Source of the DNA: Phycisphaerae bacterium
Lineage (GTDB): Bacteria > Planctomycetota > Phycisphaerae > UBA1845 > Fen-1342
Reading direction: 5' to 3'
Assembly: GCA_963675745.2 (NCBI GenBank)
Contig: CAXXWX010000026.1
Coordinates: forward strand, 608,001 to 672,000
DNA length: 64,000 nucleotides
The notes under the pieces are model-generated. The model saw only the letters and a list, made by a program, of their open reading frames with translations. It was not told the origin of the DNA and did no database searches. A program made the position numbers and the translations under genes. Below are positions 39,731 through 48,786 of this stretch, one piece after another. Position 1 is the stretch's first letter; each line of letters opens with the position of its first letter.

Positions 39731-41656
39731 CTAATCTGCGACGCCGTCGCCGTTGATGTCCACCGTCTCGTTTTGGATCGGCACGGGGCGAAAATCTACA
39801 TATGCGCAGTTTTTGCCGGCGTTGTCACCGACGCCGATGCGGACCCGGAAGCGTTCGTTCAGCGTGAGGCCGTCGAGGTTCGCGGTACACTCGTAAACCG
39901 AAGCGTCGGCCTCTGTTGCGGTCATATCCTGCCCCCAGCGCTCGCTGAAGAACGGATCCTCAGCTTGTGGGAGCTGGTAAATCGACTCGAAGTTGTCATA
40001 AAACGCGAATAGCTGCACGGAGGTTGCATCTCCGCTGACCGTAGCGCGCACCGTAAGTGTGCCGGCGGTGGTGTCGAGATCGTATTGGACTCCGGTGATG
40101 CTGGGCCCCCCGCGATAGGATGCAACGTTCGGGAACCACACGTACAGCCGATGCGGGTCGCCGAATTCGCCGTTGTCCCACAGACCGGCCAACACACCCG
40201 CTCCCGCACTCATGGAAGTCATATTGACCGGCGTGGCATAGTGGTTCAGCCAGGCCTCGTGGCTTTCGAGGGCCATCGATCCGTCAAGCGTGCCCAGGCC
40301 GGGCAATTGATCGACGTTGCCGCTCGGCTCATCCGGCCGATAGCCCGTGAAGATCGCCGTTCCGGCGCTGTCCAGGAAGGTGGAGTGCCCGGCGAGGCCC
40401 TGAGCGATTACCGTGGTGGTTCCAGCCGTGCGATCAACGATTTCCACCTGGTACTGCGAGAGGTCGTTTGTGTTGCGCGTGTACGCGACATAACGGGCGT
40501 CATCGCTGACGCCGAGGTCGTTGTGGTAGCCACTGGCGTAAGCGTCGCCACTGCTGGTCAGCGTGGTGATGCCGGCGGATGTCTGGAGATAAACGTCCCG
40601 AGGAAAGGTGTTGTTGGGGCCCTCGAACCGGACAACCGCCACGAGGGCCGACGCGTCGCCGTTAATGCGGAACTTCGAGGGCCCGCGAGCCACCGAACCG
40701 CTGCGCACAAACTGATTCGGTGCCAGGTATGCCACTGGCTGGCCGCCGGCGGCGCTGAGTCCGTAAATGATGCCTGAATCATAGCCCATGAAGAGCAGGG
40801 CCGTACCGTCGTCGGTGATCTGGAGGTTGTTGAAATCCTCCTCACCCTCTTCGAAATTGCGACCGTCGAGCAACGTGGCGAGTGTCCCGCTCGCCCAGTC
40901 CGCCAGCAGAATGACTGACGACGTGAACATGTAGCCACTGCACGCTTCATCGCCGCAGGCGTCGATGATCAGTGCGCAGACGTCGCCGTCGGCGGATGGT
41001 CGGATTTCGGCGGGTAGCTTGACCAAGCCGCTGGGTAACGTGAATTCCACCAGGCCGCTGCCGTCGCTGTTGATGCAGAACAACTGTGCCTGGGGAGTGG
41101 CAGCAGCATTGCTGGTCGTGAACCAGATGCGGCCGCCATCCTTGGAGACGATAGCGTCGCGGATGCTGCTCTTGATACTGCCGCCTTCGGCGTAGTTGGC
41201 TCCACTGGGTATGCCGTACTTGGGGTCGGCGACGAATCCACCGGCCCCGCGGTGAATGATCGAAGCGGCGACGAAATTGCCGTCGTCGGTGTCGGAGCCG
41301 CCATCGTCATCGCCATCATCACCGTCGCCACCATCGCCGCCGTCCGCGTCACCATCATCACCGTCGCCGCCATCGCCACCGTCGGCATCGCCGTCGCCGC
41401 CGTCATCATCGCCATCACCATCGTCGCCACCGTCGGCATCACCATCGCCGCCATCGCCGCCGTCGACATCACCATCACCACCATCGCCGCCGTCGCCGCC
41501 ATCGGTAGCGCCATCAACGCCATCACCACCATCGGGTGTTGGAGAAATCAAGTCATCAGGGCTGAAGTTGCAGCCGCCGCCCATTACGCAGGGCAGCAGC
41601 GCGATCGCGAGGGAGGTGGAGAGTATCACAATCATCAGACGTGCACGTCCGTTCAT
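39731..41656 (-). CDS. Hypothetical lipoprotein with Asp/Gly-rich linker and beta-propeller-like region
   Basis: Signal ending MGGGC; ~90 aa GD repeat; TolB-like SxDG repeats. Confidence 0.65.
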   Translation of the reverse strand: MNGRARLMIVILSTSLAIALLPCVMGGGCNFSPDDLISPTPDGGDGVDGATDGGDGGDGGDGDVDGGDGGDGDADGGDDGDGDDDGGDGDADGGDGGDGDDGDADGGDGGDGDDGDDDGGSDTDDGNFVAASIIHRGAGGFVADPKYGIPSGANYAEGGSIKSSIRDAIVSKDGGRIWFTTSNAAATPQAQLFCINSDGSGLVEFTLPSGLVKLPAEIRPSADGDVCALIIDACGDEACSGYMFTSSVILLADWASGTLATLLDGRNFEEGEEDFNNLQITDDGTALLFMGYDSGIIYGLSAAGGQPVAYLAPNQFVRSGSVARGPSKFRINGDASALVAVVRFEGPNNTFPRDVYLQTSAGITTLTSSGDAYASGYHNDLGVSDDARYVAYTRNTNDLSQYQVEIVDRTAGTTTVIAQGLAGHSTFLDSAGTAIFTGYRPDEPSGNVDQLPGLGTLDGSMALESHEAWLNHYATPVNMTSMSAGAGVLAGLWDNGEFGDPHRLYVWFPNVASYRGGPSITGVQYDLDTTAGTLTVRATVSGDATSVQLFAFYDNFESIYQLPQAEDPFFSERWGQDMTATEADASVYECTANLDGLTLNERFRVRIGVGDNAGKNCAYVDFRPVPIQNETVDINGDGVAD

Positions 41657-41891
41657 GCCGCGCTCCTTGATACATGATTCTCACCCCCCGACTGGCATAC
41701 TTTCGTCGCCAAGGTCCGCGTAACTTGATCGAGCAACGGGTTGGATTTACCAAGTGGCCGCGGCCTCAGGCGGCCATCAGGTAGATTGGCGATTATTCGG
41801 AGTGCGAATGTCGCTAACGGCTGGCGGCCCGGCGGGCATAAGGCGTGCGGTACACTCACTCGCACGGCCACGCACGGCCCGGGCGCGGAGA

Positions 41892-42476
41892 TCAGTCACA
41901 TCGGGGGCTCAGGCACAATACGCGATTGCGGCCCCACTCGTGGGTCTCGCCACAAGTCAACAGTCGCAGATCGCTGGTTGGAAAACGCGTCCGCGCGTCC
42001 AGGCGGAACACGACGAGCGCGTCATCAGCAAGCCGCATTGCAACGCGTTCGAGCAGGTCGATTACACGCTGCGGGTTGTCGACGTCTCGGAACGGCGGAT
42101 CGACGAACACCAGGCCGTATCCGCCGCCGGCGGGTGCTTCCGGCAGGCGCAGTGTCCAGGCGTTTTCGGGGGCAACCCGGCACGCGTCGCCGGCGCGCAC
42201 CGTCGCGATGTTGGCACGGAGCACGCGCAACGCCGCCCGGCCGCGCTCGACAAACAGGCACGAGCGTGCCCCGCGCGAGAGGGCTTCAATTCCGAGGCCG
42301 CCGCTGCCGGCGAACAGATCAAGCACATCGACGGCGGGCAGCGTGCCCGGGGTGGCCAGGCGCGCCCCGAGCACATTGAAGAGCGTTTCCTTGATGCGAT
42401 CCGTGATGGGGCGGGTGGCGTCACCAGGCGGAGCCGCCAATCTCAAGCCTCGGTATTGTCCGGCGATAACACGCAT
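41892..42476 (-). CDS. rsmD: 16S rRNA m2G966 methyltransferase
   Basis: MRVIAGQYRG, TRPITDRIKETLFN, LDLFAGSGGLGIEALSRGA, VFVDPPF. Confidence 0.9.
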   Translation of the reverse strand: MRVIAGQYRGLRLAAPPGDATRPITDRIKETLFNVLGARLATPGTLPAVDVLDLFAGSGGLGIEALSRGARSCLFVERGRAALRVLRANIATVRAGDACRVAPENAWTLRLPEAPAGGGYGLVFVDPPFRDVDNPQRVIDLLERVAMRLADDALVVFRLDARTRFPTSDLRLLTCGETHEWGRNRVLCLSPRCD

Positions 42477-42562
42477 TCTCGGACCGTCGATCTGGCCGGC
42501 ATGCCGCGGTGACCGGCACGTGCTATTGATCGTCACCGCGTCGGAATCCGATTAAAAGAGGC

Positions 42563-43369
42563 ATGATAAGTGACCTGCGTGTCATTCTGGAAGACTGGGA
42601 ATACGAACCCGGGAAAATCTCGGTCCGCAAGATCGTGGGCCGTGACGGGCAGGAGAAGATTCAGACGCGGGTGGATCTGGGCCTTTTGCAGCTTGAGCCC
42701 GAAGGTCGCCCGGACGGCCAGCGGCCGCACGGTTTCACGTCACTGCTCGATTATCACGAGCACCAGTTGCTCGAGCATCAACGACGCCGTGGCGACGACG
42801 CCCGGTTCGCGCTGATGCCCGAAGAGTGTCGCCAACTGCGTCACGAAGGCTATCTGTACTACCAGCGCTATCTGTCGCTGTTCGTGCTCGAAGAGTACGG
42901 CGCGGTGGTACGTGACACGACGCGCAACCTGCACCTGATGGACTTCTGCGGCCGCTATGCCAAGGAGCCGCACGATCGCCAGGCGCTCGAGGCGCAACGC
43001 CCGTATGTAATGATGATGCAATGCCGGGCGGAAGCGTACCAGGCCCGCGAGTCGGGCAACATGGAGGCGGCCTTCGCCATTGTTGAAGCCGGGTTGCAGC
43101 GCGTGGAGGCCCTGCTCGAAGATTGGCGGGACGAGCCACCCACGTCGACCCGTTCGGAGATACGACTGCTGTGCGAGCTGCGCGACAAGCTCCTCGATGA
43201 GATGCCGGACAGTGCCGAAGCGAAGTTGCAGATGCAGCTTGAGACGGCGTTGGCGGCGGAGGACTACGAGCTTGCCGCCAGGTTGCGCGATACGCTCGGC
43301 GGCGACCACCGGCGCTATGCACCGCCGGGGCACACGGGTGCTGGCTCACCGGAACACGGAGGGGGCTGA
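42563..43369 (+). CDS. UvrB/UvrC-motif-containing protein
   Basis: IQTRVDLGLLQLEPEGRPDG; C-terminal ALAAEDYELAARLRD UVR motif. Confidence 0.75.
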   Translation: MISDLRVILEDWEYEPGKISVRKIVGRDGQEKIQTRVDLGLLQLEPEGRPDGQRPHGFTSLLDYHEHQLLEHQRRRGDDARFALMPEECRQLRHEGYLYYQRYLSLFVLEEYGAVVRDTTRNLHLMDFCGRYAKEPHDRQALEAQRPYVMMMQCRAEAYQARESGNMEAAFAIVEAGLQRVEALLEDWRDEPPTSTRSEIRLLCELRDKLLDEMPDSAEAKLQMQLETALAAEDYELAARLRDTLGGDHRRYAPPGHTGAGSPEHGGG

Positions 43370-43612
43370 CACGGGACGGGACCGGTGGTGCGCGCATCAC
43401 CGGCCCCCCGACTCCCGGGCCGTAATCACCCGATGGCGGTCAACCGGGTCTTCAGCACCGGCCGAATGGCTGTCACAACCAACTTACCATTGACGCCCGC
43501 CGCCACGCCCATTACCGTTCCCATAGAGACCCGGCCGTTTCAGCTAGGCGTGGCGTGGTGTGTTCGCGCCGACTTTCCGGCGGAGTCAGGTCACCCTGTT
43601 GTGAGTAATGTT

Positions 43613-44713
43613 ATGTCGATGTCACGCGCGACGATCACTATTGGCTTGTGCGCTGGTTTGCTGCTGGTTCTGGGATGCGGGAACGGCGATGAGCCACCTC
43701 CGCGGCTGAATCGTGTGTTGGGCGACGGCCCGGCGGGCGCACCACTCAGCAGCGTAGCGCCGGATGAGGGTATTCTGGCCAACCCGGCCACATATACGCC
43801 GACCGCGGGTGGACCGGGCGGGATGGCGTCGGCTGACGCCGAGACCGCCGCTCGCGATCTGATGCAACGCACGGTAGAGGCGTTTTACGGGTTCGACGCG
43901 CTCCCGATCGTCGAGGCGTTGGACCCAAACCGCGCCGGCCCGTTCGCCGACGAGGATGTGAAGGATGCGTTATTCGCCACACTGACCAAGCTCGAGCTGC
44001 TGCTCGACGTCTGGAACGAGCGCCTCGCGGAGCCGGAGCTGGCGCAGATGAGCGAGTTGTGGAACGCGCTCAAGACGAGGCTGACGCAGCAAGACGTGCT
44101 GAATCTGCTTACCTATGAAGTGCTGGACGCGGAACACGTTGCCGTCAACGTTGACCAGACGCGGATCGAGGCGCTGCTGAGCGACATCGGACAGATCGTC
44201 GCCGAGCATCAGGGAGAGGGTGGCGAAGGTGGCATGTCGCCACTGGGGATGCTGCCGATCGGCGGACTCTCCGGCGGTGACACCGAGGACGAGACCGGCA
44301 CCGACGAGGGATTGGCCAACGCGGGTTATGAGGAGCCGCCGGCGCTGATTATCGCTAATATCGGGGGGCAGTGGCTGCTTCAGCCGCCACAGATGCCCGG
44401 TGAGACTGATCCGGCGGAAGTGCTCGCGAGCATGGAGCAGACCCAGGCAATGCTCGACAAGCTCATTGAGCTGATCGAAGAAGCCGACGCCCAGACGCTC
44501 AGTAACCCGATGGCGTTGATGATGGGCGCTATGATGTCAATGGGCGACATGGGCACTGGAACGGATGATGAGGACGACTGGGACGATGAATGGGGGGAGA
44601 CCGACGATGCCTCTGACACCGAGGGCGACGAGTGGGACGACGAATGGGACGAAGAAGGCGGGGAAGATGACGAGTGGGATGACGAAGAGGAGGATGACTC
44701 GAACCAGCCATAG
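43613..44713 (+). CDS. Hypothetical lipoprotein with highly acidic C-terminal tail
   Basis: MSRATITIGLCAGLLLVLGC lipobox; tail of WDDE repeats. Confidence 0.65.
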   Translation: MSMSRATITIGLCAGLLLVLGCGNGDEPPPRLNRVLGDGPAGAPLSSVAPDEGILANPATYTPTAGGPGGMASADAETAARDLMQRTVEAFYGFDALPIVEALDPNRAGPFADEDVKDALFATLTKLELLLDVWNERLAEPELAQMSELWNALKTRLTQQDVLNLLTYEVLDAEHVAVNVDQTRIEALLSDIGQIVAEHQGEGGEGGMSPLGMLPIGGLSGGDTEDETGTDEGLANAGYEEPPALIIANIGGQWLLQPPQMPGETDPAEVLASMEQTQAMLDKLIELIEEADAQTLSNPMALMMGAMMSMGDMGTGTDDEDDWDDEWGETDDASDTEGDEWDDEWDEEGGEDDEWDDEEEDDSNQP

Positions 44714-44869
44714 CGGGGCTGTTCCAGCAGCCCGTAGTGACTTGCGCCTCGCGGGCCGCGGGCGCGAGATCGCGCTTCGAGTGTCCTGCGACGCCGACTG
44801 ATTGTCATACTGACCCGCGACCGACCGGGCCGCCACGGCTCGGCCATGTGAACGGAGGATAACCTGGCT

Positions 44870-45292
44870 GTGATCTCGCAAGAGCAAATCGAGAGGCTTG
44901 CGCGCGCGACTCAGACGCAGGACTACCTGCGCGACGCGCGCCGCGAGATCGCGCAGCTCCAGCGCATCGTGTTCCACAATCTAGAGGGGGCGGACTGGAG
45001 CCTGAGTGACCGCGTAGCTGAGCAGATCCTGCTCGCTGACATCGTCACACGTCACCGGGGCGACCTGGAGCACGTGCGCGAAGACTTGCGCGCCCGCGAA
45101 GAGCGAACCGGATCATGGCAGAAGGCCGTACACGAATTCGCATCCTACATTCACTCCTATTTCACGACACCGCTGGGAATCATGATGCGGCGAGAGTTGT
45201 TTGGTAACGCGGCGGTGTTTCTGTCACCCGAGGCGGTCGAGTGGATCGAGGGGCGCGAGACGCCGGACACGCCGAGGGAGAACGTGGATTGA
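44870..45292 (+). CDS. Hypothetical protein
   Basis: 140-aa ORF with GGAGG SD; stop overlaps the ATG of the next gene. Confidence 0.6.
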   Translation: MISQEQIERLARATQTQDYLRDARREIAQLQRIVFHNLEGADWSLSDRVAEQILLADIVTRHRGDLEHVREDLRAREERTGSWQKAVHEFASYIHSYFTTPLGIMMRRELFGNAAVFLSPEAVEWIEGRETPDTPRENVD

Positions 45293-46293
45293 TGAGCAAA
45301 ACCCAAGCCGCCGGCCAGCGCACTGCAATTGTGGATCTGGAGGCGGGCCAGCGTGTCGACGATCAGGTGTTCCTGATTCATCAGAAAGACCTGCGGACGA
45401 CGGCTAACGGCAGCATGTACATACACGCCGTGCTCGCGGACGGTACGGGCCAGCTCGTCGCGCGGATGTGGGATGCTTCGCAGGCTTTGTTCGATTCGAT
45501 GACGACCGGCGGGTTTATGCACCTGCGCGGGCGCGTCGAGAGCTATAAAGGGCGGCCGCAGTTCATCATCGATGGCATGCGCGCCGTCGAGCCGGGCGAG
45601 TTCAACCCGGCGGATTTCCTCCCACACACCACGCAGGATCCCGAGGCCATGTGGTCGCGTACCAAGGAGATTCTGCGCCAGATCAAGCATCCGGCCCTGC
45701 TGAAGCTGATCGGCTGCTTCGTCAATGACGAGCAGTTCGCCGCCGAGTTCAAGCGCGCGCCGGCGGCCACGGCCCTGCACCACGCATACCTGGGCGGCTT
45801 GCTGGAGCACACGCTCAGTCTGCTCGAACTGGCCTTGCTGGTCATGCCGCGCTATCCCGATGTGAGCCAGGATCTCGTGCTGGCCGGCATTTTCCTTCAC
45901 GACGCGGGCAAGACGCGTGAGCTCTCCTATGAAAGCAGCTTCGGCTATTCAACCGAGGGGCAGTTGATCGGGCACATCGTCATGTGCGTGGGGTGGATAG
46001 ATCAGCGGGCCCGCGATGTGGAAGCCGAAACAGGCGAGCCCATACCGGCGGATGTGCTGAACGTGCTCAAGCACATCGTCGTGGCGCACCACGGCGTGTA
46101 TGAGTTCGGCAGCCCGAAGTTGCCGGCCTTGCCCGAGGCGATCGTGGTGCATTATCTCGATAATCTTGACGCCAAGCTGGCCATGATGCGCCACCACATC
46201 GACGCCGACCGAGACACTTCCAGCGACTGGACCGGCTTTATCCACGCCCTGCAAACGAAGCTGTTCAAGCCCAACGTCATGAAGCCACAATGA
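45292..46293 (+). CDS. yhaM: 3'-5' exoribonuclease YhaM/Cbf1 family (OB fold + HD domain)
   Basis: LADGTG..ARMW, PAA..LHHAYLGGLLEHT, LHDAGK, LIGHI, AHHG..EFGSP, DNLDAK. Confidence 0.85.
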   Translation: MSKTQAAGQRTAIVDLEAGQRVDDQVFLIHQKDLRTTANGSMYIHAVLADGTGQLVARMWDASQALFDSMTTGGFMHLRGRVESYKGRPQFIIDGMRAVEPGEFNPADFLPHTTQDPEAMWSRTKEILRQIKHPALLKLIGCFVNDEQFAAEFKRAPAATALHHAYLGGLLEHTLSLLELALLVMPRYPDVSQDLVLAGIFLHDAGKTRELSYESSFGYSTEGQLIGHIVMCVGWIDQRARDVEAETGEPIPADVLNVLKHIVVAHHGVYEFGSPKLPALPEAIVVHYLDNLDAKLAMMRHHIDADRDTSSDWTGFIHALQTKLFKPNVMKPQ

Positions 46294-46358
46294 GCCGGAT
46301 TATCGAACGGCCGGTCTGATGGCTGCCAACGACGCGTTTCGCAAGCTATGATTCGGTC

Positions 46359-48008
46359 ATGTCCGAACCCCGCCCCGTTGTCAGGTCCGCGCTGCTGATC
46401 GGATTATGTACGCTCGCATCGCGAGTCACGGGCCTGGCGCGCGATGTCCTGCTCTTTCAGACGTTCGGTCTGGGCTGGGTGGCCGATGCGTGGAATTTCG
46501 CGTTCCAGATTCCAAACCTGTTCAGGCGGCTGTTCGGCGAAGGCGCCCTGGCCGCGGCATTCGTCCCCACGTTCACCCGCGCGCTGGAACGCGACGGTCA
46601 GCCGCGCGCATGGCAGGTGCTGGGCGGCACGTTCTCACTGCTGACCGTCGTGCTCACCGGGCTGATAGTGCTGATCGAGGTCGGCCTGCTCATCGGCTGG
46701 CAGACATCCACGGGGATCGACGCTCAGGCCGCCGAGGCACGCCGTCTCCTGCTGGCACTGACGGCCCTGATGCTCCCGTTCATGCTCTCGATTTGCATCT
46801 TGGCGCTGTTTTGCAGCGTGCTGAATTGCCTGCACAGCTTCGTTCCCGCCGCCCTGACGCCCATCATCCTCAACTTGTTCATGATCGCCGGCATTCTATG
46901 GGTCGGCCCGCAGTTTGGCGGTGACGCGAAGGAGCACCAGATATACGCGGTGGCCGCGTGCGTGCTGGCCGCGGGCTGCGTTCAACTGCTGTTCATATAC
47001 CCGTTTCTGCGCCGCCATGGCGTGAAGTTGAGCTGGCGCTGGGCTCCCCGCGACCCGGTCGTTATGAAGGTCATCACCTTGATGGGGCCCGTTATTCTCG
47101 GGCAAGGCGTGCTCGCGCTGGGCGTGTTTCTCGACGCCGGCGTGTGCTGGCTGTTCACCCACCGCGGCGTCGCGCCGACCACGGCCCACTGGCTGGGGAT
47201 CGCGTTTGATTACCCGCTCAGGGAGGGCGCTCTTTCCGCCATCACCTGTGCCGCGCGGCTATACCAGTTTCCGCTGGGCGTGTTGGCGGTGTCACTGGGC
47301 ACCGCGGCCCTGCCCGCGTTCAGTCGGTTCGCCGCCCGCGAGGACTGGTCTGCCTGGGCCAACGAGGTCCGCAGCGCGCTGCGCCTGGCCGTGTTTGTCG
47401 GGCTACTCGCGGGGATCATGATGATCCTGATACCGGAATCGCTGGTGCGCCTGCTGTTTGAGTACCGCGAGTTTGGGCCGGCCGACACGCGGCGCGCGGC
47501 GCGCGTGTTGACGTTTTACGGATTCGGCATGTGGGCCTATTTCGTCCAGCACTTGATCCTGCGCGCGTTTTTCAGCATTCGCGACGTCAAGACGCCGCTG
47601 AAAATCAGTTGCCTGTTCCTGCCGATCAATCTCGCCATCAGCGTGTTGCTTATCTGGCACGCGCAGATTCGCGAGGCGGCGTTCGCGATCAGTTCGGCGC
47701 TGACCACGACGGCCGCGGTTGTGGTTGGACTGGTCCTGCTGAGCCGCCGCACACGCGCCCCGCTGCTGGGGCCTTCCGCCTGGTCGGCCCTGGCGCGCAT
47801 GCTGGCGGCTGCCGCGGCAACGGTCGTGGTGACACATATCTTCTACAACGCCTGGTCACCGTGGTTATCCGCCAACATCGCCGCGGTCGTGCTGCGGCGC
47901 GCCGCGGATGCGTTCGGTCCGCTGGCGGTCGGCGGGGTCACCTACCTGGCGACTAGCTGGGTGCTGCGACTTGATGAACCCCGGTTGCTGCTGAGACGCC
48001 GGCGCTAG
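46359..48008 (+). CDS. murJ: Lipid II flippase MurJ (MviN)
   Basis: SRVTGLARD, AFQIPNLFRRLFGEGALAAAFVP, RLYQFPLGV. Confidence 0.92.
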   Translation: MSEPRPVVRSALLIGLCTLASRVTGLARDVLLFQTFGLGWVADAWNFAFQIPNLFRRLFGEGALAAAFVPTFTRALERDGQPRAWQVLGGTFSLLTVVLTGLIVLIEVGLLIGWQTSTGIDAQAAEARRLLLALTALMLPFMLSICILALFCSVLNCLHSFVPAALTPIILNLFMIAGILWVGPQFGGDAKEHQIYAVAACVLAAGCVQLLFIYPFLRRHGVKLSWRWAPRDPVVMKVITLMGPVILGQGVLALGVFLDAGVCWLFTHRGVAPTTAHWLGIAFDYPLREGALSAITCAARLYQFPLGVLAVSLGTAALPAFSRFAAREDWSAWANEVRSALRLAVFVGLLAGIMMILIPESLVRLLFEYREFGPADTRRAARVLTFYGFGMWAYFVQHLILRAFFSIRDVKTPLKISCLFLPINLAISVLLIWHAQIREAAFAISSALTTTAAVVVGLVLLSRRTRAPLLGPSAWSALARMLAAAAATVVVTHIFYNAWSPWLSANIAAVVLRRAADAFGPLAVGGVTYLATSWVLRLDEPRLLLRRRR

Positions 48009-48088
48009 TGCCGCTTCCGGTGAAGGTGTTTCGCGTGTAGCGCTACCGCCCGACGTAACAGGTAGCGGCCGGTCAACACAGCGCGTAA

Positions 48089-48165
48089 CGGCCTGCGCCT
48101 CGCAGGCCGCCGAATGTTGGAGACGCTTTCTCGCGCCGACGGCCTGCGGGGCGCAGGCCGCTACA
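48089..48165. repeat. Pair of REP-like palindromes (GTAG-type), same family as 21641-21672
   Basis: cggcctgcgcctcgcaggccg and cgccgacggcctgcggggcgcaggccgctaca (31/32 identical to 21641-21672). Confidence 0.75.
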
Positions 48166-48254
48166 TAGGCGTGCGCGTGAAACAAGCATGTGCCAGACGT
48201 CTGAGACGGTCGGACTGGGTATGGCCCCCTGGTTTCGCACGGTGGGCGTGACGG

Positions 48255-48686
48255 CTACGGGGTTCCCATGGATTCGATGCGTTCACGCCGCGTGCCGATC
48301 TCTGTCACGCGCAGGCCGAACTGCTCGCCGACTTTCACAGCGCGGCCCCGGCCGATACGCCGGTTGCGGATGAACAGCTCCAGGTCATCGTCAACGCTCT
48401 TATCGAATTCGATGATCGCACCGTTGGACAGCATGCGGATTTTGGCGATCGGCATGCGGCGGCCGGCGAGTTGAACGATGGCCGGAACGCGGACGCGCAG
48501 TGCCCGCCTGACTTCCGCCGACGTGCCGCGGTACAGATCGGCGGACGCGTCAACGCCGGAGGTGGCCGGCTTTTCCGTCTGGCCCGGATCGTCTTCTTTC
48601 ACACCATCGACCTGCTTCTCGGTCTCTGTGCGCAGCCCATCAGCCTCTGAAAGCAGATCGTCGATTTCCTGCTGGTCCACGACCAT
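48255..48686 (-). CDS. FliM/FliN C-terminal (SpoA) domain protein
   Basis: VDQQEIDDLL; GAIIEFDKSVDDDLELFIRN..IGRGRAVKVGEQFGLRVTEI. Confidence 0.8.
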   Translation of the reverse strand: MVVDQQEIDDLLSEADGLRTETEKQVDGVKEDDPGQTEKPATSGVDASADLYRGTSAEVRRALRVRVPAIVQLAGRRMPIAKIRMLSNGAIIEFDKSVDDDLELFIRNRRIGRGRAVKVGEQFGLRVTEIGTRRERIESMGTP

Positions 48687-48786
48687 ATACCGAGACCCTC
48701 GCTGATAGCGTTCGCAGCGTCTGCCACGCACATACAGCATCGGCAGATTGGTCCGGTGGGTTGCAGGGCGTGCGCCGCCGCGCAGG

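Noticed and set aside
46359..48008. murJ in a planctomycete as a novelty
   Set aside because: Peptidoglycan synthesis in Planctomycetota is established.
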